A DNA stretch of 64,000 nt from Zygnema circumcarinatum SAG 698-1b. Lineage: Eukaryota > Plantae > Zygnematophyceae. This document shows, piece by piece, positions 1-12,428 of the stretch; position 1 is the first letter of the stretch; each line of letters begins with the position of its first letter. The DNA is taken from the NCBI GenBank assembly GCA_037447605.1, contig CM074806.1, positions 2,170,001 to 2,234,000 on the forward strand. Direction: 5' to 3'. Made by a program: the position numbers and the translations under genes. Under the pieces are notes generated by a model. The model saw only the letters and a program-made list of their open reading frames with translations, was not told the origin of the DNA and ran no database searches.

Positions 1-2120
1 CGTTGCTCAATGCACCATATGCAGCTCCTCCGCCCGATGGAGCGGCATCCGCCGACGTTTCATCTGTTTGACAGCCGCTAACAAGGATGCCCATGTCCCC
101 ACGAACCAAGCGTTCCTTCTCAGGCTTCCAGCCGGCGAAGGCCCACTCCCTACTGCCAGACTCAGCAACCTCCTTTACCTTTTGGGTTTGCATCGACAGG
201 ATGTCATCGGTTCCCAGCTCTCTTGCCGACGTCATCTGGGACTTCACGAAGTTCATAGCGACCCCGGTAAGCATACCACCAAGCGGGTTGGAAGACTTGT
301 TGCCTCCACCTGTTAGACTGGATAAGAGCCCCCCAAATCCTCCTGAAGACTTCTCCTCTTCCTGGCCAGAAAATGATGCAAGTATAGCTGGCGCCTGTGA
401 CATGAGAACTCCAATAAACATCTGGACCATCGGGCTTGATTCCTCTCCAAAAACGGAGTAGAGAGCCGTTCGAACGCCCCCATCACCAACATCCTTGCCT
501 GTTTTGCTGCTCAGCAGTGACATGAGCGCTCCGATGGGAAGGCCCCTATTCGTGGTTTTCACATCCCTGCTTCGTCCAAACTGAGTTTCGCCCCCATACG
601 CGTTCGAATCATTATCAGGACGACCATAATCAGACTCCCGCCTGTGCCCGTGCTCCTCTCTCCGCTCGTATTCATCACTGCGGCTGTCATTGCCATATTC
701 GGAACGGCCGTAGCCATCCTCCCGCCTCTCATCCCTCCGATCGGGCCGTCGTCTCTCATCATCATATTCCTCGCGTCCATCATATTCCTCTCGGCGTCCA
801 TAGTCATGACGACGACCATACTCCTCCCTGCTTCCCTCCCGCCTTTCGTTTTCCTCCCGGCCTTCTGACTGAAATCCTGGCAAATGAAATTCACGAGTGC
901 GAGTGGAGTTTTCATTATCATTTCCTCCTTCAAGACTGGAATCACCGATTTGTTCCTTCTCATGATCGATGAGACCACCGCTATGGCATGAGTCAGAAAT
1001 AAAGGTAAAAGTCACCCCATCTGGAAGCTCATTTACCAGCTCGCGAAAATCATCATCTGCGAGGAAGCGGTAAAAAGAAATAGCAGAGGTTTGTCAAGCT
1101 TTCCTTAGAACCGAACGTATCCCCCCCACCCCAAGATTCGTCAGAGACAGGATACCAAACCGGCAAGCTCACCATCGGGTCGACCAGGAGGGGGGAAAAA
1201 TAGTACGAGGAGGAAAAAAGAACTGAAGCAACAGCGAACACTGCCGTAAAACATGAAGCGCTAAAGAAAGTAACGCCGTACCAAAAAGCTGGTACAAGGC
1301 ATACCTGAAAGGACATTCATGTCTGTTGGCACAATACACTCATCGTATCCGGTATCTTCGTCGGTGCCACTCTCAGGCGGAATCCGCGTTCCATGACCGC
1401 TAAAATGCATGAACAAGATGTCGCCTGCGTCAGTGTTGGCCACAATCTTCTTCAAAGCTTTCCGAATGTTTGCTCCAGTGGGCTGCGGGTAGTTCTCATC
1501 GGTGTCGATCATGACAACGATGTCCTACAGGCACCAAAAGAATAATATTGTAAAAAATACAAGCGTAAAAATAAAGCTTTTGCGGGTGAGAAAACGAAAC
1601 AGCGAAAAGAACCGAGATCCAAACAGAGCACTTCACGCACAAAGCGTGTCAAAAATCACTGTTTTGGCAGCTCCTCCAATGGTTTGAAAAAGCGAGAAAG
1701 CGCAACAAATCTGACGCGATACCACCATAGTTACGCATCCAGCATAGCAGTGTCAATAACGAAAGCTCCCAGGCTGATAATGGATTGATACATTTGCAGC
1801 ATAAACATTCCCACTAGATTTCTCTGTGCAACATCGCGGAAGTCTCCAACCAGCATTAGCAACAGTACAGCAAAATCCACGACCGAACAAAAAAATACGC
1901 CTAACACCTTCATGCCAGTCAATAGCGTACACCTTCGCTGCCATCACAGCCGCCACGCAAAACATGCAAGGAAAAGGCTTTCTTGCAAGCTCACCCTTTC
2001 GTCAAAGCCGAACCTCTCAATGAGAGACGCCCTCATCCTGGCCACATCGTTCACGCAACCCTGGAGCTCTGCCTCTGTTCCCGGATAGTTGCATCCAATC
2101 AGAAGCGCCCGTTTCGCCAT
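1..2120 (-). CDS. Type II metacaspase, 3'-truncated by the window edge (exons 2120-1995, 1524-1305, 1056-<1)
   Basis: Spliced translation gives [26 protein letters not shown], catalytic His in FSGHGT, catalytic Cys in [12 protein letters not shown], and p10 motif [16 protein letters not shown]. There is no prodomain. GT-AG junctions keep the frame. Confidence 0.93.
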
Positions 2121-2285
2121 GGCGGAGCCCTGCAGGTCCTCCTCTCCCCTCGCCTCCCTCCGCAGCACAGCAGTTCTCCCTCGCCAAGCCCCTTCCAAGG
2201 ACCGACGGATATTTTTCGGGCAGGTCCCGGCCACGGGCTTTTCTAGGATACCTCGCCATAATCGAGCACTTACCAATGAGGATTC

Positions 2286-2490
2286 GCCACGTAGCCAACT
2301 GGACCACGTGGTTAATCATCCTTGGACAAAGCTCGTCCGCAGGTAGAATGACGTGGCGTTCAGTCGGTTATCCACGTGTCGGTGGAGCAACTGTTTTTCT
2401 GCCACGTCACGCCCTGGCGAGTTGTCCGGTGCGACACGCGGCCTGTTGCCACGTGGCTGACGATGACGCGGCGCCTTACGCAACGTGGCA
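2286..2490. promoter_or_regulatory. ABRE/G-box cluster upstream of the metacaspase
   Basis: About eight ACGT-core boxes (GCCACGTA, CCACGTGG, TGACGTGGC, CCACGTGTC, GCCACGTCA, GCCACGTGGC, AACGTGGC) plus CE3-like GACACGCGG within ~200 bp, 170-370 bp upstream of the ATG. Confidence 0.55.
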
Positions 2491-3562
2491 GGATGGGCGG
2501 GCCAATGAGCGCCGTCCGTCCCGCGTGACAGGGTCGACGGGTTCCCTGCTGCGATGGCAGCGCCGTTTGGCGAACGCGGTTCTATGCAGAGGCGTGTGCG
2601 ACCACGGAACTGCGTTAACACCGCTTCTTGACACATGGAGAGGCTGGTGAAGTGATGAGGGTTCTGCTGTGCAGAGGGGCGGACTGATGCCGACCGAGCA
2701 TCCATGGCTGCCTCCCGCCTTCGGCTATTCTTCACCGGACTGACCACCCATCCTCTTGATCCGCGGGACCTGAGGGATGTGCCTGGTCGAGACCCTCCTT
2801 CCTTTGCTGACCTTCGCGCGTAGGTCTGACTTCATTTAGTTTTTATCTTCTAGTTTTGCTTTGTTTAGCTTTGCTTGATTTCGTTTCGATGTTTATCGGT
2901 TTGGTTTATAAGTTCCTCATTTCTCTCGTTCACGAGATCGCTTAGATCATTGCACATTGTCCCACGAAGTGTCCTTATGTGCCCCTGGACTTTCATGGCT
3001 ATGCGAGTATTTTCATATAGTATTTATATTTTATCGACAGCAGAAAGGCTGAATGCCGCCACTCGTTGAAGCAAAAGAAGGGCCAAAGTCCACAGCAAGG
3101 GAAGGGCGGGGTGATCTCACATCCTTCGAGTCCAACATTTTCAAAAACTTACACGATTTAAACCTGCTCGAATCTTGATAAGAAAGCAGCTTGAATTCCC
3201 AGAGATCAGAAAAATATTCAAAGGTGCCCTGTGTGGAAGACCTGGACGGCCTGAACAGTCCTACTATAGAGGGCGAGAGTTTCCATAAGGCTGTCCTCTT
3301 CGATGGGTGCAGGAACATGTTTCCTGATTCAAGGGCAGATTGGTCTCGTTAAAGAAACTCCGAGAAGGGCCATAGCTCGCCCATGCATGTCCATGCCAAA
3401 CGCCTCTTCAGCATCGGTATTCGGCAATCAGGACTGAAGGTCAACGCTTCCAGCACATCAACCATACCCATCTCCCAACAGGAAAAACGTCCAAAACTAT
3501 GCAGGAGCAAGCCAAGACTTATTAGAAAACATGAGCCAGCCAGAATTCGATGATCTGTTCCA

Positions 3563-6500
3563 TCAATAAGAACAGGAGGGGCCTTTGTCCAACAGTTCCA
3601 AAGGATCAGAAGAGCTCCTTGAGAGACAATTGCTGACCAGTATCCTGCTGCTGCCTGGCCTCATCCCACACATGGCCTGCATGTTCTCCTCAAAGACTTG
3701 TGGATGGCGAATGCTGCGTGAAACCACGTGCGCCCTCCTAGTTCGTGGACCCAAAATTGGCACTAAAAGGTTAATTAAGTGACATTCAGAGAGCTTCCCA
3801 ATCACTGCCAGGCGGCTCAACTTCGGACCAGCCGTTATCCTTGGAATACAGGGCTCGTCATTGGGGGTATTCCCGAGATCAAGATGAAGGCCTTGGAGCT
3901 GCGAACAACGGACAGTGATTGCTCGGCAGGTGGCAACCCCAGCAACGCCCAGAGTCAGCTTCTGCAGCCTGCAATAACCGATACAGAAGGTACGATCAGA
4001 GGACAACGTTGACAGAAAGCAAGTCCATTAGTCCTTCCAAGTGAATCTCGAACCGAGGTTGGATTTTTCAGAAGGCGAAAATGCATTTTGAAGCACCCGT
4101 GCCACAATCAAGCAACGGAATAGCATGCCAAGGAGAACCTGGTCAACTGCACAAAGCATGAGGTAAGAAGTGCACCTAGCAAAGAAATTACGCTGGACTA
4201 AAGTTCACAAAAAAATCAGCAGGGCTGCAGAGGCAGCAACAATGCCAGCTGCCAAGCAAGAGAGGCATAGGTGGCGGCTGGCACGAAGTGGAGCAAAGGC
4301 TTCTCAACGTCCAACCTCCATTCCATTGTGTGAAGAAGACTTTCAAACATAATCAATGCCAAAAAATAGCTATTGCGTAGTGAAAAGTGCTAAGGTGTGC
4401 AAAACGGAGAAACCAGGAACTTCTGAAGCAGCTTTTGAGTTCTCATCAGCAAGCCTGCCACTTTCATCAGATGAGTGCCCATCAAACATGCATCACACAT
4501 ACCTCGGGCATGAAATGATGACAGACTCCACAGCCACATCCCACAGGCGAAGCGTCTGCAGATTTGACCATTCCGGCCCGAAGACTAGCTGTCCCCAGCC
4601 ACCACCCACCCCGTTCTGAAGCTCCAGAGCAGGTGCCATTTGGCAGCACCTTGTTAGCTCGAGCTCACGTATGGACTGGCACGCAGCTCCTAACGACAGT
4701 GACGGCAGCATCACCGTCACCAAGGCCGGAGATGTCGAAGGCCATTGGGGCCTTTCCATAGTGTATGTCAACGAGGGGGGCAACTCTTGGGCGTCTGGCG
4801 CTGGAGATGAGGGGGCACCCCGTGGCAGAGACAATATCTCAATGTCGTTCGTTGAAAGCTGGGCATTTGCCACCAGCAGAGGACACATATTTAGGCCCTT
4901 GTGAACCCACCGAAAAGTCTGTAGATTTGGACAATTCAAGACTAGATTCAGCCGCGCTTCTGGCAGACTTCTTACGTCCCTGACTTCCTTATTCAAAGAT
5001 TTTCTATTGTCGTCGTAGCCTGCTTCTTCATTACACATATCCACATCTTCCATTGTCCTCACATTTTCACACAGTGCTTCTGAATGTATGCACCGAAGCC
5101 CACATTGATCTCCCTGAGCAGCCTCCTCCCCATGCTGTCCCCTCTCCTTCACCCTATCGACCAGAGAGGGCCACCTAGCCTCAGCCTCAACTATCCCATG
5201 TCTCAATTGCCTGTCGTCATTCGCCTTACTTCTCGCACTGGTAGTTCCTACACTTGTATCTACGTCCGCCTCTTCGTCACCCTTCATCCCAGTCCCAGTC
5301 ATCCCAGACATCCCAGTCATCTCTCTCGCATAGTGAGTGTAATCTGGTCTAATTTCACTTCTACATGCTCCTAAGGGACCTGCAGAATTGTAAGTGGTAT
5401 TATCGCTTTGTCCTACCTCCTTTCCGTCAACCGCAGACCCGCATACATCCTCAATGCGCAGAGTCTCTATGTGGTCTTGAGAGCTGTTCGCCCTCTTCCC
5501 CTCTTCATCAGAGACATTCAGCTTACTAGAAACAGGTGAAAATAACGATGACTCACGTGCCTTTCCACACTGCGTGGAGTTGTTGCTCCCCATATGCGTG
5601 AGGATGAACCTTGTCAGGCTCGGGCAATTCAAGTTCATATCTTGAATCCGCCCAGCCGCAAAGCAGAGGGTTACGTCCGTGAGTTGAGGACACTGCAAAT
5701 TGACATCCACCACGGTTTCCTCATCATCTCCCAAATTTTCCTCCTTTTCATCAGTGCTGTCATCTTCAATTCTCGTTTGGCTCTGGCTTTGCTCTTCTTC
5801 ACTCAGGTTCCCTCCAGCATCCCAAATTCTCTGCAGAGCAACGCTGGGGCTGTCCGATAAATTCCGTCTGTAATCAGACCAAAACTCCTGAATGCCCAGT
5901 TTGATTACACGTGCCTCCTCTGAGACTAACCATGGCTCTGTCCTAAGATGTGTCGACCTTCTATGATTCCATGCCATGAACCTACAGCCTGCAGACTCGC
6001 AACCATCGCAGAACATTTCTGCCGACTCGCAGGAATGACAGTCTTCATCTCTGTGCTTCGCCACTCTCCGACCAACCACTTTAACAATTAAATTTGATAG
6101 CCTCTTAAAGCGTGGCCCTAGCGCAAGGCAAAAAGTCACTTGCTTCCTGGTACCTGGTTTATCTTCAAAGCTCGGCTTTTTCTTTTGTGTCAATCGAGAG
6201 AAACTGTCCGGTCCTGGGTCACTCCTTGTAATTCTACTCATCAGCACGCCAGGATCCCGACTACCAGCTGCGACTGCCTTTTTTGCCTCAGTCTGAAGGT
6301 ACGGCCGCCAAGGAGGAAAAGACATTGGAACTATGCAGTTTTCATCTTCACAGCGCGGTTTACAGAGGACATCAGCAGACTGCCAGGAGCCTGACTGGTC
6401 GGAGGGACCTTCCCACTTCTCCACAGGCCCAATCATCCGAAGCTCCTCTAGACATGGACAGCCAGTTGCAATACCGTCTAAAGCTCCCAATGGATAAAAT

Positions 6501-9500
6501 CCTAAGTCTAGCCGCACCAAGCGGGGGCAATCCAGCCTGAAAAAGTTGCCTTTTGTGTGACCATTAACGTAGGAGGCACCAATCATGTCTCTTCTGCTGA
6601 CTGGTTTCGTATATCCACAGCTCAAACTGATTAATTGTGGGCAACAAATGTCTAAATACGAAAGTGGTGGACTGTTGCTGCTATGGCTTGAGGGCTCCCA
6701 TTCCACATCCCCGATCTTCAAAATACACAGATTTTGAAATGCTGGACCAAATGAGACTCTACCGTTTGCAACGTGCTTGACCTGCAAGCGTAAAAGGTTT
6801 GGACAGTTCGACCCAAGGCTGTGCGTGTCTAAAACTGCAAATGGAAGGCATAAATTCGTCAGAAGTGGGGCTTGGATACGAAAATGGATTGGATTCTCCA
6901 TCTTTTGCGAGCGTCCTCTAAAGTCAAGTTCTGTAATCCTAGGGCCCCATATGTCAACAGATGGAGGCGTGGCCTTCAGCCACGTATAGAATACAGTAAG
7001 GGACTCCAACTTGGGGCAAGCCACTTGAAAAGTTCGGCAAACATCTAAGCCGCCCACAGTTGCCTTTTTAAGATTCCTGAAATCCTTCCCCAAGGCCACA
7101 TGTCGCGACTTCTGGCAACAAACTTCTAAATCCTTCAAGTTTGGACAACCACGCCCAATAGCATCCAATGGCCCGGGGTCCAAACCTTGCAAGGAGAGAT
7201 GCTGTAATGACGGGCAATGGAAGCTGCACTTGGCACGATCAAGGCCATAATTTAGGACTTTCAGTGTGTCCAACAGAGGACAGTCAACAGCGAGCTCTTC
7301 AGTCAGTGACACGCCGAGCGTGACTTCAGCTCGTTTGAGCTTTGGACAGTTCAGGAAAACATGCTTTAACCCGTTGTTATCTTCCATACCTCCTCCTCCT
7401 AGATACAGTTCCTCCAGGTTTTGCCACGTGTCTCTAAAGTTAACTCGTTGAGGTGAATGCCTAAGGTGAACAGTGGAGAGGAGAGGGCACATCCTTGCCA
7501 TATGGTCGATACTCTCACAGTCGATCGGGATGTCGAGATCTAATCTGATAAGTTCAGGGCAGTGTAGCAAGAATTTTCTGCACTGAGTTAGAGAGCTGCC
7601 AACGATGCCACGGTGGAGCTTCAATCTGGTCAGCTTTGGAAAGGATAGTGAAGTATATTCGGGCACACGAAACCCTTCTACGTCAAGGGCTTGAAGCTGG
7701 CATCTGCAAAGTGGAGTTGAAAGACAGAGTCAAGGCTGTCAGAGACGCATCAAGGTATGATAAAAAACAGAACCTTCGCCGTCAACCCGTACAAAACATA
7801 TAATAAACATAAGGAGGTGTTTGCACATATGCAGAAAGCTATATTAAACAATTTATTTTCTTCTCTCGTTGCATCGACAGATTTCATCCACTTCAATCAT
7901 GCTGACTTGTTTTTCTTCATCACTTTTGCACTTACTCTGGGGCCCCCTCCATTTGCAACAATACCCCGGGCTCCACAAGCTCTTCTTCCTGGCCAAGCGT
8001 GTGGAATTGGGTGACCAGCTTCAACGTCTTGAGAGCAGGAAAGCTCTTAACCATTTGGTTAACAACTTTAACGACATTTTGAAACTCGAATACAAAGGAA
8101 CCCTCCAGATGCTCCAGCTTGCTGTGTCCTTCGAATAAGCCCGAGAAGAGCAGCCCTTCCACTCTGATGCTCCGAAGGTGTTGGCAGTTGTGTAGAATCA
8201 TGGCCACCCTGCTGGCCAGCAGACCCGCCGCCAGCAGTCGTGTGTGAGGATCCTCATCGTTAGCAGCACGTTGCTCATCCTCCACATCGTCCTCCACCCA
8301 CCCTTCCTCGCTGTCGCTATCGCTGGAACTCTCAGCTGCCCTATCCTCCTGTAAATCGCCTTGGATACTCTCAGCACATTCCCCGCCATTCTGCAAATGA
8401 CTCGAGGAATCGCTATCACCACATGTAGCTCTATTTCCCATCATCATACTTCCTTCTTGAACCCTCTCTCCTATATCGTTGGGACCGTCAAAAGTAAGCT
8501 CAATGCTAGTTCGCATATCCTGAATCTTGTCTATTTTCGGCTCAACACAATCTGCCAGACATGCTTCTGCAGGAGTTCCCGCCGCTGAATGTCTGCCAGG
8601 CCCGTCCTCTCCGAGGCTTAAAGGCTGATGACACTCTAAGTGGGAACCATTAAGTTCCAACCCCGTACTTGTTTGCGTCTGTTCAATCTCCTCTGCTGCA
8701 AGTGTCAGCGTGTCAAGTCCCTGAGTCTCTGCCACATGCACCTTCAGTTCCATTGGATAAACTTCGCTTGAGTGGCCTCCGAGAAACTCTTTACTGGATT
8801 TCAATTTCACCTCTCTTTCAATAGCTGCATTGGAGAAAACTTCCTCAGTGCTTTTCCCGACCATAACAGCCTCGTCCACATTCACGCGTGCCAAATCCCC
8901 CAATTCTCTAGGATTCTCTTCCGATGTGCATGCAAGTCCTTCATTTCCAGGCGCACCCTCAGCATAGTCTACTACTCGTTCATCCAATGAACCATTACGC
9001 CCTTCACATTCATTGCACCCCTCAGCAATCAAATCGCTTGTCAAGGTCCCTCTGCCCGCTACTGCTCCTTTCCCCGTAGTTTCCAAATTCATCTCCAGTT
9101 GCCGTCCACACTCCATCTCATTGCACACAATATTTTCCTCTCCGTGACGTTCACTAACATGGCCCTCGCTCCCTCCTGTCCGTCCTCCGATTCGCAATTC
9201 GACAAGTGGAGTCCTCAACCATGTCTCGAGATCCGATTCAATATTGTCATCGTCCAAATTCTCGCCCTCGTCGGCAACTTCGTCTTCTCCGTTGCCTTCC
9301 CAGTCGTCAATAATGCTATCCGACTGCCTCCTCGATGCATCAGACGGACCAGCTACACCAACATCTTGTCCTTCTTCCCACTGAGGCGCTCGCATCTCAT
9401 GCACTCGAGCACTCATCTCCTTCTCCAGCAAGCTCCACCTGATTTCCAACTTCTCCAGCAGGGGGCATCTTGTAGCAAGGTCGGTAACTAAGCTAACGGT

Positions 9501-11754
9501 ACACAAGCAATGCCTCCGAACATGCACCATTCCCAATGTTAGAGAAGTAAGCTTTGGACCCAAAAATGGGCTGAGCTGGCTGGCTAGTTTGCATGGCAGT
9601 CCCTCCCAACGGATTTCTGAACCCTGCCAGCTTGCTCTAGGTTCTGCCTCTGGAGTTGCGATTAGATCGTGACCTGTGATCATATTCCGCAATAAGCTCA
9701 TCTCTGTAGCAGCAAGGGCTTCCTGCATACAAAATACAGAAAATCGTCATTTTTTTGCAAACGTACGCTTGCCACACGAAGGAGAAAAGGAATCTGAATC
9801 AGATTGCAGGGACAAAGAAACAAGCTTACCTTTGAGGACTGCGAAGAGCCAAGCTCGGACAATATTTCGATAGAATTTCAACATTTGACGAACTGCGGCA
9901 CTCTAAAGCAAACCAAGGACTTCCAATTCTACCGCTCAGTTCTGATAATGGGCACTGGTGTTCCTTACCTGATGAACTGATTTGTCGACGTGGAATGGCG
10001 ATAAATCAGAGATAAGAACAATCTCGAACAATCTCTCCAAGCTACACTATTATCTCTGATTAACTCAGTTTCCCGAACTTGCATTCAGAACTGCATGCAC
10101 AAACGATGTGGAATGTAGGAGCTGCCATGGAGGTCTCACTGAATCAGGAGACGACAGGTGCATCACGGCTGCATTGGCCAAACTTTCTGGCAGAGCGCTG
10201 ACAAGATGCTTAATGGGAAGGTGGTTCTCGCCAATATTGTGGATCACCTTCACCTGCGAGATCAACAATTACAAAAACAGTAAGAAAGTACCAATCCAGA
10301 TCAGAGGCATGTACTTCTCGTTCATTCGGCATGCTCCAGCAATCTGCAAACGACACCTGATTCAGATACATTGCTAGAGAAAACAAACGGGCTGGTCATC
10401 GAATGGAAGGAAGTGATGTGCATACAATCCAAACGATCAATTAAAAGAATTCGCTGTCCTTAAAAGGTGTTCTCCTTTCTATTCCAACAGAGCGGGCCAT
10501 CGTCTGATAACTTCTAGAATACCAAAAATCTTGCCCCTACCTGCAAGGCTAACTTCCTGAGCCTCCTTGACGACAATGCCATCCTTGCCAAATCTTTCGC
10601 TTGCAAGTTGTTAAGAATCTCCAACAGCTGTAGGACAGAGGAATCAAGTCATTAGATGAAAAATGCTCGAACCAAAGGAGGACACGAACTGCACACTGGT
10701 CTGGAAATGTTTACAAATTGCGGAAGGAGCTAGTGGCTATTGACGTTGCGCCATACTATGTCTATCGTTTACGAACGATGACCTGCAATCTGTAAGTTGC
10801 ATATGGACAGAACAAAGATTGAATTAAGTCCTACTAGATATCTCCGGAGATCCTGATGCAGGGGGAAATGAAAGGACAGCAAACAAGGTTCGACGACATA
10901 GCATATCAGTTTTACAAACCATAACACATGCAACAACGAATCCTTAAAAAGGCCTCCCTATCAGTTTTACAAACCATAACACATGCAACAACGAATCCTT
11001 AAAAAGGCCTTCAAACTATGAAATCCACAACTTCAAGAACTGTACAAGTGACGTAGAGACTACAGGAGTTCCAAGCTACGCATTTCCATTTTGCAAGAAG
11101 ACTCAGCCGACGACAATGGTGATGGATGACCCTGACCGACAAGTGAGGCCAACAGGTGGTGTCAGACAATAATGGTTATCCGATGAAGACAGCTGGTTTA
11201 TACTACACACAGTTTGGCATGCTCACTCTATGTGTACTGGAAGACAATAACGCATTAAATGACTAGCTAAGCACAGGATGGGGACGCGCATGCAACCCTT
11301 CCCAACTTGCAATGCTGGATTACGGTCTAATGCACGGACTTTTCAAGCTCCTGTGGCGTTTATGCTGGCCAGAGAAACACGTTGGCCGAAAATGCCAAAA
11401 TCACGGTCATATATATATAAAGGTGGACCTTCCGGGACCAAATCTTGTAGGGTTCTGTAATACAGCAACCCTGAAAATAATCTAACCCCTAGAAGTAGGC
11501 CATCACGGATCCACTGTCAATACCTGCTCATCAGCAAGCCTTTCCAGCTGGCACTCTGCTTCAGGCCAACTCGAGGGTGCTCTTCTCTGCAGTTTTTGAG
11601 GAGGCCCGTTGCCAGGGGTTGCATTGCATGAATTCTCCTCGCCATTTGCTTCCAAGTTGCACGCGGTGTCGTCTAGAGCTTCACCAAGCATTTGAACTCC
11701 TTCAGGCTCCATCCCCTCGTTCCACCCCAAGCACTGCAGCACGGAATCTTCCAT
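3563..11754 (-). CDS. Very large F-box/LRR (RNI-like) protein; small exons at 9.7-10.25 kb and the 3' end are uncertain
   Basis: Exons 11754-11524 and 10627-10541 splice to an F-box motif (LERLADEQ|LLEILNNLQAKDLARMALSSRRLRKLALQ). ORFs 7932-9728 and 4493-7666 join in frame across intron 7935-7704 (GAPE|CQLQALDVEGFRVPEY), then across intron 4502-3969 (SCPR|LQKLTLGV). There are many CPxL/LxxLxL repeats. Confidence 0.75.
10904..11010. repeat. Perfect 52-bp tandem duplication in intron 1 of the F-box gene
   Basis: tatcagttttacaaaccataacacatgcaacaacgaatccttaaaaaggcct at 10904-10955 and 10959-11010, separated by ccc. Confidence 0.95.
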
Positions 11755-12104
11755 TCTATAAACCCTCGTAATCACCTCCCCCCCCCGCCCCCCCCAGTTT
11801 CAACAGCCCGCGCTCGAACGGGAGGCAGCCATTTCTTGAACCACCAAGACAGACTGCCTCCAAGCCCTGCCCTCGTCCTTGCCTGCTCGCCCCCTCGCTC
11901 CCTCCCTCCGCCGCGTGCAACAGCCAGAAGCAGCTTCCTGCACAACTGGCGTCCGTACCATGCTGTGCCGTACGACTTCGCGCTGCCGTACGATACGATC
12001 CCGCAGTGCCGTACGGTCGGACGGACGGACGGATGGACGGCCGGGTCACGGACCGGGTTTGACTTTCAGGCCCGGGCCCATGCCATGATGAATGTTCTGA
12101 TCCC

Positions 12105-12428
12105 ATCCCATCCAACATCCATCCATCCATCCACCCATCCATCCGTGAATCTATCCATCCATCCGTGAATCCATGATCTATCCATCCATCCATCCATCCA
12201 TCCATCCGTGAATCCATGATCTATCCATCCATCCATCCATCCGTGAATCCATGACCCATCCATCCATCCGTGAATCCATGATCTATCCATCCATCCATCC
12301 ATCCGTGAATCCATGACCCATCCATCCATCCGTGAATCCATGATCTATCCATCCATCCATCCATCCATCCGTGAATCCATGACCCATCCATCCATCCGTG
12401 AATCCATGATCTATCCATCCACCCATCC
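12105..12428. repeat. (ATCC)n-based minisatellite with nine CCGTGAATC anchors
   Basis: Anchors at 12143, 12163, 12206, 12241, 12268, 12303, 12330, 12369 and 12396, separated by variable ATCC runs. Confidence 0.95.

Noticed and set aside
559-978. Separate 139-aa Met/Arg-rich ORF
   Set aside because: Alternative frame of the metacaspase linker exon.
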